A stretch of 64,000 nt of DNA from a virus (lineage: Duplodnaviria; Heunggongvirae; Uroviricota; Caudoviricetes), in IMG/VR virus record IMGVR_UViG_3300018080_000104, positions 3,454-67,453 of that record. The stretch is one strand, 5' to 3'. Below are positions 1 through 10,500 of the stretch, piece after piece (position 1 is the first letter of the stretch; each line of letters starts with the position of its first letter). The position numbers and the translations under genes were made by a program. The notes beneath the pieces are model-generated. The model did not search any database and was not told the origin of the DNA. It saw only the letters and a program-made list of their open reading frames with translations.

Positions 1-847
1 CATAAGTCGCTATAGGCCATGTAGTGGCAGACGTCATACCGCCGCCATATGCGTGCAGCGCTTTGTCGCTCGGCAGCATATAACTGCTCGGACTGTAAAG
101 TCTGCCTGGTCCTTTCGGCGCATACCGTGACTGGGCCTTCATATAAGTTTCCGATTCCGGATGGAGCTTGCTGCCTATCATAGTTACCGGATCGCGTAGT
201 CTGAACCCGCCGGGCAACGGCAAACCTTGCGACCGCTGCTTGGCATACGCGCCAAAATACATCGGCTGAAACCCTTGCCACATTTCCCGCCAAAACGACG
301 GAGTTTCATCCGGCCTGTAACCCCATCCCTTGTTATAGCCGACCACTTCCGCTCCCGCCTTCCGAAGAGCAGAGTAGTCTGCTCCGGACTGCGACGGCGC
401 CGGAGCAGACTGGCTCTGCGGAGCGGATTCAAAGAATTCGTGCCAGGCGTCGTCGAGCTCCGGGTCGGATGCGGCTTCCTTGAGCACTGCATCCGCCATC
501 TGCTCGAACGACATGCCGCGGGCAATACAGCCCATCAACGTATTGTGACAGTGCGCTCGCTTGGTTCTTGTTCGGTAATCGCTGGTTGTCGTTTGGGCAG
601 GCGCCATGTTTACCTGCGATGTGGGTAGTCCTGTGCCGCTACTGGCAGGTACGTTTGCTGCAGCGCGTCCAAACACGGGGCTGTTGAGTATACTGGGCAG
701 CTGCACAGCCTCTTTGTCATACGGCCATACCGCCCGCGCTTTGCGCTTGCGATATTTGCGATTGGAAAACTCATCCTTGAAATTATCGTCGTCCTTGACG
801 AATTTTCGTAGGGCGGAATAGTTTTTATCGAGTGCTATCGGATCCAT
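1..847 (-). CDS. Hypothetical virion-associated protein, partial (runs off window start)
   Basis: Manually translated open frame from ATG 847 (MDPIALDKNYSALRKFVKDD...) with no stop seen before position 1; not in ORF track; K-E-A motifs like neighbours. Confidence 0.7.
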   Translation of the reverse strand, partial: MDPIALDKNYSALRKFVKDDDNFKDEFSNRKYRKRKARAVWPYDKEAVQLPSILNSPVFGRAAANVPASSGTGLPTSQVNMAPAQTTTSDYRTRTKRAHCHNTLMGCIARGMSFEQMADAVLKEAASDPELDDAWHEFFESAPQSQSAPAPSQSGADYSALRKAGAEVVGYNKGWGYRPDETPSFWREMWQGFQPMYFGAYAKQRSQGLPLPGGFRLRDPVTMIGSKLHPESETYMKAQSRYAPKGPGRLYSPSSYMLPSDKALHAYGGGMTSATTWPIATY

Positions 848-856
848 AGCTATACC

Positions 857-2332
857 TTAAAAGATGCTTTTGCCGGTGCTGAACGGATTGCTCGCCATCG
901 TGCCATACTGCGGGCCGCCTGCCAGCATGCCGGTCTGCGCCAAGTTCTGTTTCATCTGCGGAGCGCTGGACTGCATTGGCTGGCCGCCAAACATCGGCTG
1001 TCCGCTCTGCGGTGCCGGCCAGCCTGGCGGGACCGGCATGCCTCTTTGCGCCCGCATCGTTGCTACAGTATTCTGCAGCTTTTTGTTCGCCGCCGCTGCT
1101 TCTTGCGCAGCTCTAGTTTTCCGTCTTTCTATGTTTGCAGCCAACTGCCCTTGATATTGGGCTTTTCCTCTATTGAACTCCTGCATCTTCTCCGCAGCGA
1201 GCGCATCTGACGATCCCGGTGCCGGCGCTTGGTTCGGGTCATACATTGACGGTACACCCCGCTGGCCAGGAATCGGCTTTCCCGTGTATGGACTCACGCC
1301 GCCTGCAACGCTTGGCTTCTGTGACAAGGGGCCAAGCATGTTGAAGCTGCTGCTCAACGCTGTTTGTGCCGGCATCGTCGGCGGTGGAGCCGGCGGCGTC
1401 CAGTGTTTGCCCCAGCCTTGCTCTTTGGCATTCTGAGCAATTGCCGATGTCGGTGCCGTTTCTTGTCCTTTAGCCTTCGCAATCATATCGTCGAAATGCT
1501 TGGCTGTCTCCGGGTTCCTTTCGCGATTGGCTTCGGCAGCTCGCTGCCATCGTTCTATCTTGCTGCCGCCAGCAGTCTCTTCGCGCATGCGCTGCAAATA
1601 TCCGGGTACATCCCGCACCCTGTTGACAAACTGTGGCCCTCCCCTTGTGGCATTGCCGAACACGTCAGGCTGCGCACCGCCGCCTGCATACCAATCTTGG
1701 AGACGTGCTGCGTTCTCGGCGTCCTGCCTCGCTTGTGCCCCTGTCCACGTCTTCATCGCGTTCTCGTACAGCCGGCGTCTTTCGGGCGGAAGATCCTTGA
1801 TGAAGCCCATAGGGTCTTCTTGCGGCGCTTGAGCCGTCTCTGCCGGCTGTTGCAAGGTTCCACCCGGAACCGACAAGTCGGGGCCTCCAGGATTGAACAT
1901 AGGCTGGTGGCTGAGCCCCTTGGCGCCGTAACTGCTCGCAGGCGACGGCAGCGTGGGCGAAAGGTCCAAATTTTGTAGGCCTGGGCCTGATTGTGAATAC
2001 CAATTCTGTGGACCGGATGCCTGCGACAACTCTTGCTTTGTCTGAGCAGCGCGTTCTGCCTGCGCTGTAGGCTCAAAAGGCCCGGCAGTAGGAGTGCTAC
2101 TGTTGCTCGTCGTGGGCTGTTGTCGCTCGTTCCACCAGTCCGTGTCGGCCTGGCGGGCAGCTTGCTGCGCTGGCGTCGATTCGTCTTCCGTGGGATTGGC
2201 ATACCACTTTTGCGCTTCAGACGAAAAGGGATCTTCGAAATAATCTATATCCGGCCACGCCTCCGTCAGACTTGGCAGGGCTGCGACCTTCAACAGACCG
2301 CTCGCCGCTTCCAGCAATTCTTTAGTCGTCAT
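857..2332 (-). CDS. Gln/Pro/Ala-rich hypothetical protein, probable internal virion protein
   Basis: Long ORF; start moved to MTTKELL (ATG 2332) behind AGGAGCAAAGGAT; LLKVA motif near N-terminus. Confidence 0.75.
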   Translation of the reverse strand: MTTKELLEAASGLLKVAALPSLTEAWPDIDYFEDPFSSEAQKWYANPTEDESTPAQQAARQADTDWWNERQQPTTSNSSTPTAGPFEPTAQAERAAQTKQELSQASGPQNWYSQSGPGLQNLDLSPTLPSPASSYGAKGLSHQPMFNPGGPDLSVPGGTLQQPAETAQAPQEDPMGFIKDLPPERRRLYENAMKTWTGAQARQDAENAARLQDWYAGGGAQPDVFGNATRGGPQFVNRVRDVPGYLQRMREETAGGSKIERWQRAAEANRERNPETAKHFDDMIAKAKGQETAPTSAIAQNAKEQGWGKHWTPPAPPPTMPAQTALSSSFNMLGPLSQKPSVAGGVSPYTGKPIPGQRGVPSMYDPNQAPAPGSSDALAAEKMQEFNRGKAQYQGQLAANIERRKTRAAQEAAAANKKLQNTVATMRAQRGMPVPPGWPAPQSGQPMFGGQPMQSSAPQMKQNLAQTGMLAGGPQYGTMASNPFSTGKSIF

Positions 2333-2361
2333 ATCCTTTGCTCCTGAATGGCTCCACGCAG

Positions 2362-5190
2362 TTAGCGGTTTTGGAACGCTTTGATGACCGGACCGAAATC
2401 GGGGTGCGGTTGTACAGCCTTCGCCCCAGTCACCGTGTTTACCCCTCGCACTGCCGGACGCATCGCAGCCCTGCGAAGCTGCGAATACACCTGATTGCCC
2501 GTCGTGCCAAATCTGGCAGCCTGCTGCGCCAGCGTCCATTTAAGCTTCGGCGACACGTTTGTCGGCATAGTGCCTGCAGCACGATTCTTGAACATCTCCA
2601 CATTGCGAGGCAAAGGCTTAGCGGCAATGTTTGCACCGGTGGCTGCGCCCGCAGGCGCCGTGCCCGGAACAGCAGCGCCACGAACAGTCCCGGCCGGTGT
2701 CGCACTCGTCTTCCACAGGCCGAGAGCACCCAACAAAGCCTTCTTTATCATGACTTTCCTGGTATACGACTTCGACGGCGCTCTTTTGGGCTTGCCCATT
2801 CCGCTGCATGCAGCCTTTGCGCGGCCTTTTTCGCCAATGGGAATACCGATCGGGCCCTTGCCCTTGCCACGGCCTAACCCGCGGCCTTTGCCTTGGGAGC
2901 GGATTTTGCTGCCTGGGCAAGCTTCGGCCTTGGCCTCGGCTTCCATCTTGTCGAGCCTGGTATAGTAGTCTTTGAACTCTTCAAGATGGTCCTTGGCAAT
3001 TTCTCTCGCCTTGGCCGGATCGGGTGTGTGTTCCTTCTCAACCTTCACGCCCATCCGAAGCTGCTTGGCCGAGTAGTTCTTCGAGGACTTGCCCTTGGCC
3101 TTACCGCCGGGGATCAGATCCTTGACCTTGGCCTCCTTCTCGCCGATGCCCGGATACTTGGCATGCACCTTGGCACGGACCTGCGCCTTTTCGCTGGAAC
3201 TGCCATGCTGCGACACTCGAGCCAGCGCATTTCGGGCGTGTGCCTTGTCGGGAATAGGATAATTCCCGGATTCCGCTTTCTCGCCCTTATTTTCAGCCTT
3301 CGACGGAATAGCAAAGTCCTTCTTCTTGATCTTCGTCCGGGCCTTCGTCGTCAGCATCTTGGCCTTCTTCTCGCCAATAGGAATGCCGATCGGCCCCTTG
3401 CCCTTGCCTCGACCCAGCCCGCGGCCTTTTCCCTTGGAACGGATCTTGCTGCCGGGACACGGCTTGTCCTTTTTGCTGCTCTCGGCCAGCTTAAACATCA
3501 GAGCGTCTGCAAAATCGAGTGCGTTTGTAGTCATCGCTTCTTTTTCCTCGTCTTTCTTTTTTGGTTTACGACTAGCCAGCCAAGCACCAAGTCCGCCACC
3601 TCCAAGCACAGCAGCCGGTAAACCAATCTGCGCCCATGCCGGCATACTCTTGTATTTGCTCAGCAGATTTTCGAGGAAACCCGGTTTATAGGGTACCGCC
3701 TTCGAACTGAGCGAGGCGGGCGCTGCCGCAAGCTGCTGCAGCCGAGCAGGGCGATCGACTTTTCCAGTGCCAACTCTTAACATAGAACCGTCGCGTTGTA
3801 GCGCGCCACTAGCAACAGGGCCTGGATCGCCGTGCAAAACTGCTTTAGCTTTAGTCGGCTTGTATCGTCCTAGCAAATAATCCAGGAATCCGCCTTCGTC
3901 GATCGACGGCCCGCCTTTGCCTGTCGCAATCTCCCGCAATTCGCTTATAGATGGTCGTCCTGCTGCGACCGCAGGAGGCTTCGGGAGAGCGTCTAGTATT
4001 TTGTATAGCCGCGCGGAATCACCGCCAAGCTGGCGATGAAGTATCCGTCCGGCCGGTGTTTTCAGTACACTTTCTGGATCGTCGAGAAACGGTTCGGCAA
4101 AGGTATGCAGTTTCCTGCCCAATGTTTGCCTTTGCTTTGCAGACATCCTGTCCATTATTTGTTGCATCGGATAACCTGCCTCTGCTGTAGCCGCATCGGC
4201 TAAAAGATCTCGCTCGGCAGGCGTGAAACCGCTGCCCCCGACTGCACGTGTCAGTTTTTGCACCAGCGACGGTTCTGGACTGGCCAAACTCAAATAGCGC
4301 TCGGCTTCGGCGCCTGGCAAGCCTGCAATATTACGCGCTGCCGTCGCCATCGGCGACGAAGGCTCTCGCCGTACAGCCGCTGACGGCGGAACAATGCCAG
4401 CAGGCAACTCTGCACTCTCTTTGCCGAGCATCGCCGCAAACTGGGGGGCGGCCAAACTCTGCATAGCGCGTAACTGTCGTGATTGCATGGCCATATCTCT
4501 ATCCTTTTGTACTGCAGGGTCTGATAAATAGTCCCGACGAGTTGCGCCCTCGGGCAGCCTCGTCATCATTTCTCTTATGCCCTCGTTTTCGGCTTTACGG
4601 CTAAAATAGGCCGTTAGCGCTGCCAACGTGCCCGCACCTAGCCCGCCCAAACCGGCACCGATTCCAGCGCCCCTTGCACCGCCTATGCCGCTGCCTAACA
4701 TGCCGCCACCCAGAGCGCCCGCTCCGCCAAGCAGCAAGGCGGCTAACAGTGCCTGCTTGCTGGGCGAAGCCATCATTTCAGGTAATGGTGTGCCATAACT
4801 CTTGAAGATCCGCGGAAGCAGATGGCTTGTCTCTTTCTCGATGGCTGCCTGCTCGTCGTCCGTGAGTTTTCGGCGAGCTCGGGCGGGCAAATATTGCTGC
4901 AAGGCCAGCTGCGTTGCATCATAATCGCTTTTCTTCTGCATTTTTGCCTTATGGCCCAACAGCACGTTGTCGCCCTTGCGGCCGTTGGGATATTTGTCTG
5001 CCAGCCATTCCATAAGGCCTAGTTCGCCGCCTTGCGTAAAGAACGACAGCTTTTGTGGGCCTTTGCGAGTCTTGCGGAAGATATCGAGTCCGAGGGCTTC
5101 ACGATCACGGAGCAGCAGATCGCCCATATCCAGAGACGGGAGCCCGCCTTTTTTCTCCATGCCTTTGCCAGAATCTTTTACGGTTTTCAC
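2362..5190 (-). CDS. Modular virion-type polyprotein (942 aa) with DUF6582-like and DUF5661-like modules and a duplicated Gly/Lys module
   Basis: AGGAG before GTG; KDFAIP..NYPIPDKAHARNALARV (DUF6582-like); QLRMGVKVEKEH..AREIAKDHLEEFKDYYTRL (DUF5661-like); Gly-rich hydrophobic segments. Confidence 0.75.
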   Translation of the reverse strand: MKTVKDSGKGMEKKGGLPSLDMGDLLLRDREALGLDIFRKTRKGPQKLSFFTQGGELGLMEWLADKYPNGRKGDNVLLGHKAKMQKKSDYDATQLALQQYLPARARRKLTDDEQAAIEKETSHLLPRIFKSYGTPLPEMMASPSKQALLAALLLGGAGALGGGMLGSGIGGARGAGIGAGLGGLGAGTLAALTAYFSRKAENEGIREMMTRLPEGATRRDYLSDPAVQKDRDMAMQSRQLRAMQSLAAPQFAAMLGKESAELPAGIVPPSAAVRREPSSPMATAARNIAGLPGAEAERYLSLASPEPSLVQKLTRAVGGSGFTPAERDLLADAATAEAGYPMQQIMDRMSAKQRQTLGRKLHTFAEPFLDDPESVLKTPAGRILHRQLGGDSARLYKILDALPKPPAVAAGRPSISELREIATGKGGPSIDEGGFLDYLLGRYKPTKAKAVLHGDPGPVASGALQRDGSMLRVGTGKVDRPARLQQLAAAPASLSSKAVPYKPGFLENLLSKYKSMPAWAQIGLPAAVLGGGGLGAWLASRKPKKKDEEKEAMTTNALDFADALMFKLAESSKKDKPCPGSKIRSKGKGRGLGRGKGKGPIGIPIGEKKAKMLTTKARTKIKKKDFAIPSKAENKGEKAESGNYPIPDKAHARNALARVSQHGSSSEKAQVRAKVHAKYPGIGEKEAKVKDLIPGGKAKGKSSKNYSAKQLRMGVKVEKEHTPDPAKAREIAKDHLEEFKDYYTRLDKMEAEAKAEACPGSKIRSQGKGRGLGRGKGKGPIGIPIGEKGRAKAACSGMGKPKRAPSKSYTRKVMIKKALLGALGLWKTSATPAGTVRGAAVPGTAPAGAATGANIAAKPLPRNVEMFKNRAAGTMPTNVSPKLKWTLAQQAARFGTTGNQVYSQLRRAAMRPAVRGVNTVTGAKAVQPHPDFGPVIKAFQNR
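2827..3459 (-). repeat. Intragenic duplication of a 31-codon module (2827-2919 and 3367-3459)
   Basis: CPGSKIRS(K/Q)GKGRGLGRGKGKGPIGIPIGEK twice, 540 nt apart, differing mostly at synonymous sites. Confidence 0.95.
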
Positions 5191-5229
5191 TTCTTTTCTC
5201 CTGTTAAATCGTGTTCCCGTGCGACCCTG

Positions 5230-5706
5230 TTATTTCGCTTCCGCATCTTTCCAGGTCGTCCTCACTCCCTTGTCTCCGTATTCGGCCGCTAGCATCGCCT
5301 GTACGGCTCGCTGTATGTCTTTCCGCTGTTCTTCATCACACGTCCATCCGTAGGAATATTCTACAGACCCGTCGTCCCACTCGGTTACATCCTCCAAGAA
5401 TATAACTGGACCACGTATTCTCTTCCATGAAACGCGGGCCGCATGTATTGGTATCCACTCCCACTCAAACAAGCTAATCTGCCGGCCTTTAATCCGCGTT
5501 GTATGCCAGATACCCACTACCGTGCCAACCAGCCTGCGATATCGCACCCGGACCACTTCTTCGACGATCACAACAATTTCGGCTCGTTCTGTTTTCCATC
5601 TATCTTCCACCGTCGGGTCCGACTCCGATATGCACGCCGTATGCATCGTAGCCTCGACTTCGACCCATGCAAAAATCAACGCGAGTATGATTCCATTTCC
5701 TACCAT
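5230..5706 (-). CDS. Hypothetical protein
   Basis: ORF tiling the minus-strand operon; start uncertain. Confidence 0.6.
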   Translation of the reverse strand: MVGNGIILALIFAWVEVEATMHTACISESDPTVEDRWKTERAEIVVIVEEVVRVRYRRLVGTVVGIWHTTRIKGRQISLFEWEWIPIHAARVSWKRIRGPVIFLEDVTEWDDGSVEYSYGWTCDEEQRKDIQRAVQAMLAAEYGDKGVRTTWKDAEAK

Positions 5707-5713
5707 GACAGGC

Positions 5714-5935
5714 TCACAGTCGCCATCTGTTTATGCAAAATCCTAGCCACACGAAAAACGCGCAGAGAGCTCCGATCATAACAGCTATGCATCCGCCAAA
5801 CCTCGCACAAGAGAGCCACAACCGTTCGTATCCGGGATCGGGCGGACCGTTCCAAACGCCTACCAAAAACGCACCTGCCTGATACAGTCCAACTACTGCC
5901 AATATCGCTATTACAATAAAAGATAGGTGTTTCAT
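5714..5935 (-). CDS. Small membrane protein (2 TM)
   Basis: Two hydrophobic stretches; ATGA overlap with upstream gene. Confidence 0.65.
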   Translation of the reverse strand: MKHLSFIVIAILAVVGLYQAGAFLVGVWNGPPDPGYERLWLSCARFGGCIAVMIGALCAFFVWLGFCINRWRL

Positions 5936-6327
5936 TGCTTTTTGTCCCTGCGGGCTACCCACTCAACAACCACGTCAGTCACCGATGCCTCTTCACCCAT
6001 TGCCAACCACAAATCTATCATCTCGTCGTTATGATCCTCAAACAATTGCATAATCCGATCATCGCTGATCGGCACCAACTCCCTTCTTTTCGCTTCTGCT
6101 ACGTCGCACAGTCGCAGTCCCGGCGTGCAGTTCTCGCACGTTTTTTGATGTTCATCTAGCCACCGGGACCACTCCGAGGGAAACGTCAACCACGGCGGTT
6201 TCGGCTCTTCGTCTGTTGGCGGGTTGCAATCTCCTGCACAGCCCTGCGTCAACACGATTACCAGGCCGAAGATAGTCATGGCCACAATCAAAACGAACAT
6301 GAATTGTACTTTGATGCGCCCGTTCAT
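5932..6327 (-). CDS. Hypothetical membrane-anchored/lipoprotein-like protein
   Basis: N-terminal hydrophobic helix followed by QGC; ATGA overlaps on both sides. Confidence 0.65.
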   Translation of the reverse strand: MNGRIKVQFMFVLIVAMTIFGLVIVLTQGCAGDCNPPTDEEPKPPWLTFPSEWSRWLDEHQKTCENCTPGLRLCDVAEAKRRELVPISDDRIMQLFEDHNDEMIDLWLAMGEEASVTDVVVEWVARRDKKQ

Positions 6328-6449
6328 TTCACGTTCTCTTTGGTCATTTTTATGTTGTACAAATCGTCAATGTCTGCGGTGTTGGCACTCGCCATTCGCC
6401 ACAACACCAGCAGAAACGCCCATTGCAAGACTTCCAGTAGTGTTTCCAT
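6324..6449 (-). CDS. Small hypothetical protein (41 aa, METLLEVLQW...)
   Basis: Fills the gap exactly; TGA overlaps ATG of next gene. Confidence 0.5.
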   Translation of the reverse strand: METLLEVLQWAFLLVLWRMASANTADIDDLYNIKMTKENVK

Positions 6450-6452
6450 TTT

Positions 6453-6983
6453 TCAATCGGCCACAATGATACAGGCGTACCAAATTCCGTTCCGGCCCAT
6501 TGCCATCGCTCCGCCCCAGTATTTGTGTCGCTTACTTGCCACGCGCCAATGGCCGCTGCTGTATTTCCAGCATTTGAACATCTCGTAGCCGAGAGCCTTC
6601 ATCGACTCGTGCTGTTGCCACTTCCAGCTTTCGGCTGCAATCTCGGCAAAACCATATCCAGGCATTTTAGCCTGCAGTTCCCGGTATCGCCTATCCCAAA
6701 GCTGGTGGCCCTGCAATTGGCGGTCCGCTTGGTATTGCGCGTGTTTACCCGCCGCCTCGATCAGGATCTCGCGCGGCTCGCTCTTCTGCACATTGCCGCC
6801 ATTGAATACATTGCCGCCGTCGACCAGTCCCTGCATGGATGCCGGCAGCGTATTTTCGTCCGGCAGCGGAGGTATCGGCGCCGGCGGAGGAACATAATAC
6901 TCCATCACCGGCATTTGTGCCTCCTCGCACACGATGCAAGGCGGTCCGAACAAAATCGTAATAGCTAGCAGTATGCCGGTCAT
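6453..6983 (-). CDS. Secreted CAP/SCP-domain protein
   Basis: Signal peptide; AAGKHAQYQA..GH, AEIAA, WKYSSGHW, GIWYAC motifs. Confidence 0.75.
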   Translation of the reverse strand: MTGILLAITILFGPPCIVCEEAQMPVMEYYVPPPAPIPPLPDENTLPASMQGLVDGGNVFNGGNVQKSEPREILIEAAGKHAQYQADRQLQGHQLWDRRYRELQAKMPGYGFAEIAAESWKWQQHESMKALGYEMFKCWKYSSGHWRVASKRHKYWGGAMAMGRNGIWYACIIVAD

Positions 6984-6987
6984 TGTC

Positions 6988-7503
6988 TTAGTCCGTAATT
7001 GGCTTCAATCCGACTCCGTAACAATCACAGTTCTTTTTGACGGGCGGACCGCATATGCCCACTTCGCATATTCGCAGTCCAGCCCATTCCCCGAGCAACG
7101 TCCGCATGCCGTCAGGCAATACCCGCCAGCAGTCCGTTGGATGCCGGTGGATGCCCCAATTCAGTCCGGGGCATATCACAATGACTATGCCGCCCGGCCG
7201 GCACACTCGCACCAGCTCCTTGATCCATTTCCACGGCATGGGCACATGCTCCATGCATTGGCCGGAAATGACCATGTCATAGGTATCGTCGTCTATCGGC
7301 CAGCGGTAGTTCGTCTCGCTGACGATGTCCACGTTCGGACCTGCAGCGATGTCCATTCCCTCGTACAGCAGCCCCTTCGTCTCACACATGTTCCGATAGC
7401 AGCCGTTGACATTGTAGGCGCCGACATCGAGCACGTTGTGCGTGATGTTGCTGGCGTACTTGGCAACAAGCGTTTCCATCAGCTTCATGCTGCTTTGGTG
7501 CAT
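6988..7503 (-). CDS. Class I SAM-dependent methyltransferase
   Basis: VLDVGA, GMDI..GPNVD, YDMVISGQCMEHV, RVCRPGG, HRHPTDCWR. Confidence 0.9.
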   Translation of the reverse strand: MHQSSMKLMETLVAKYASNITHNVLDVGAYNVNGCYRNMCETKGLLYEGMDIAAGPNVDIVSETNYRWPIDDDTYDMVISGQCMEHVPMPWKWIKELVRVCRPGGIVIVICPGLNWGIHRHPTDCWRVLPDGMRTLLGEWAGLRICEVGICGPPVKKNCDCYGVGLKPITD

Positions 7504-7508
7504 AGTAC

Positions 7509-10500
7509 TTACCTTCTTTTCAACCAAGCTGGCTCTACTCGTTTGACGGCTTTTCGCTGTTTTCCGTACTGGCCTTGATAGTACGGCGACTGCCAAGCCC
7601 AATCACGCAGCCTATTCATTACTAGGTCTCTGTTCCAGCCCAGCTCCTGTCCCGGTCGCATCCTGGCTAGCGGAGTCAATGCACGGATTTCCCCACCGAT
7701 TATATTCCGCCCGGCGACTTTACGCTTTAGCAGATTTTGATAACGTGCTGGCGGAGCAAAACTGTGAATGATCGGATTGAACGCCGTGGGCGACGTCTTC
7801 ATGGGATTGTTTGCTTCCACTTGCGGCATCTCTGCCGGCAGTTGTTTCGCGGGCGCCGTCGGCGATGGCGGCAAACCTCCCATAGCGCCTTGCGTGCCTA
7901 ACATCGATGGCGACAAACCCAACTTCTTCGGGATGCTTGTCATCAAGCCCACGTTAGCTCCAGGCGCCGTACCTCCGGCAGCCGCGCCCGCAAATGGGCC
8001 AGGCTTCGGGGTTGCAGCTGCTTTAGCCATGTCCGGCTGTTTGGGCATTTGAGCGGCCCACGCAGCCAGCTTCTTGTACTTCCAATTCTTCCGCACGCGA
8101 TCGATATCGTCGAGCGTGTCCTGTCCAAACGACATCATCCTGTCGACCCGCGGCTTGCGTTTTCCTTCCATGATCGCCGTAATTTTCATCGGTGTAGCAT
8201 GGGTCTTCTTGGGCGTGCATTTCGTTACTTTGGTCATAGTGATAAAGCCGCCTTGTTTTGGCATCTGCGGCGGCTGTGGCACAGGCGCCGCAAACGGATT
8301 GGCCGTATTTGATGCCGGCGGCCAGCCAGCCGGAGGTTTTGGCGACGGGAATGCGTTTTGCAGCCGCTGCATCAGCTGCTGCCATTTCGACGCCTTCTGC
8401 TGATTGGCAGCATCGAGCACGGCACCGAAGTTGGTGATCTTTGGCGCAGCTTGTGGTTGTTGCGGCTGCTGCGGCGGTTGTGGGGCTGCATTGGCCATTT
8501 TGGATCCTGTAAAAGATGCAGGCAGCCGTCCAGCGCCTGTCTTGGCGCGGACGGCGCTGGACAGGCTGGCCTGCGGAGCGGATAGATCGTTTGCTGTTTT
8601 GTTTGCGCCAGGCGTTTTGCCCATTACGATTCGCAGCAACTGTTCGGCGAGTACTCGCTTGTCTTCTGGCTCCCGGCTGAGCAGCTTTATGAGTTGGAAT
8701 GCATTGGGCTCATAATAGCGAGTAGGTTTTACATCGTTTTTGAAATCTGATTCGTGGTTTTTCAGCCACCAGTCGATTGCTTTGTAGGCTTCGTCGAGCG
8801 AGTCTACGTGGTGCCCAAATGTCTTGGCGTATTCTCGTTTGATAGGAACAGCCCATGCCGGCAGCTCTGTTTGCGACGTTGCATACCACCAAAATTCCGA
8901 TGGTACAGGTGTACGGCCCGGTAAAGTCCGTCCAGCAGTCGTTCGGTGCGGTACAGTTTGCGACTTTAGATCAGCCGCAAATGGCCTAGTCTGCATAGCG
9001 CCATGCAATAATTCATGGCCCAATGCCATATCGGGGTGTCCATGCGGACTCGCCGCTGCAACATAGATATTTCCTGGGGTGCTTTTGCCTGTCAGCCTGT
9101 TTATACGTCGGATATGTACACCAAGTGCGCCGCCTCGAAGCGCAGGTGCATCTACCAACGTAATATCTCGTGGTTTTCCTACTTGGCCGGGTATCACTTT
9201 TAACAGCTTATCGCTAGGATATTTCTGCGTCCTTTTTACAGCCTCTCCCAGGCCGCCCGGCACGTCGGCATAATCGGAACGAATTTGGTCTGCCAACGAT
9301 CGTCTAATTTCCTTTGTCGGCGCTCCTGGTGGAATGAATTGCTTGCCCGGTCGCGGGCTCAAACGTCGCAACGCTAACAAAGCCAGCCCGCCCAATGCCC
9401 CTCCGCCTGCCCCCAAAAGTCCCCCAGTCAGCATGCGGCCTGCCAAAGTATCGTCTTCGTCCCTGGAGTCGTCGGCGATTCCACTCAAAGCGCCCATCAG
9501 TCCGCCAAGAGCAGCGCCGCCACCGCCCCACCGAACCCAATCGTTGTTCTTCGCCCAGTCCAGCCAATTGGTGCCGGCCAGCTTCTGCAGCGGGGCATAA
9601 TCTGTCTGTCGGCAGACAGATTTTTCGGCCGCTGCCGTGACGGTCATTCCCGAGGTTGCAAATCGAAAGCCTCCTTGGTTGCGTGTTGGTGAGCCTGGTC
9701 CCGCGCCTAGCTGATTCGACGCGATCGGCGGGCCCAGAGCGTTCTTCTGCCCCCAGAGCGGCCCCATCTGCTGCACGGCTTGCTCGGGCCGCCCTGTAGC
9801 CGTCTGGACAGGCTGGAAGTTGACGGCATTGGTAGGCATACCCGATAGACTGCCGAGAGCAGCCCGCTTGGTTGCCGCAAAAAGTGCTGGTATTGCTAGC
9901 TGAACAGGATCTGCAGAAACAGGCGCTGTGCCTGTGTGGTTTGGCGACAATCTGGGTAATCTGGGTAATCTGGGCAATCTCGGGGCAGCTACGGCACTCC
10001 TTTGAGGGGTTTGAGCGGCTTTACTCAGCTTCGCCCTGCTGTCGGGCCCAGATTTGCTGGCAATTAGCCGCAGCACACGGTCAGCTGCTGGCGGGCTATC
10101 GATCGCCCCGCTTCCCTCATAGCAATCTTGACTACCTTGTTGCATATTCTCGGCACACCCCGCTGCCTTGGCTAAAGTCCGGCCAATCGGCAATCGCATT
10201 GCATATTGGCCGAGGCTTTGAAGGGCTTTGCCCCCTTCTGCCTTCTCGAAAGCCACCTTTGGACGCATATCGGGCTTTGGGGGCTCCAGAGCTTGATCGT
10301 AGGCCGCCTGGGCGTCTAGCGGGGGCTGCTTTGGGACAGCCGGCTTGGGAGCCGGTTTTGGTTTGGGGCCGTCTACGGGCTTCGTAGTGCCCAATTTGGG
10401 CGGCTTTAGCTCGATGCTGGCGTCTTTGCCAAGGAGCTTGGCCAGGAGCGATCGCTTGGCCTGGCGTTTGGCCTCCGCCTTCTCGACTTCCTCTTTAGCC

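Noticed and set aside
9948-9987. 9-nt repeat ctgggtaat as a regulatory element
   Set aside because: In-frame LPR coding repeat in a low-complexity linker
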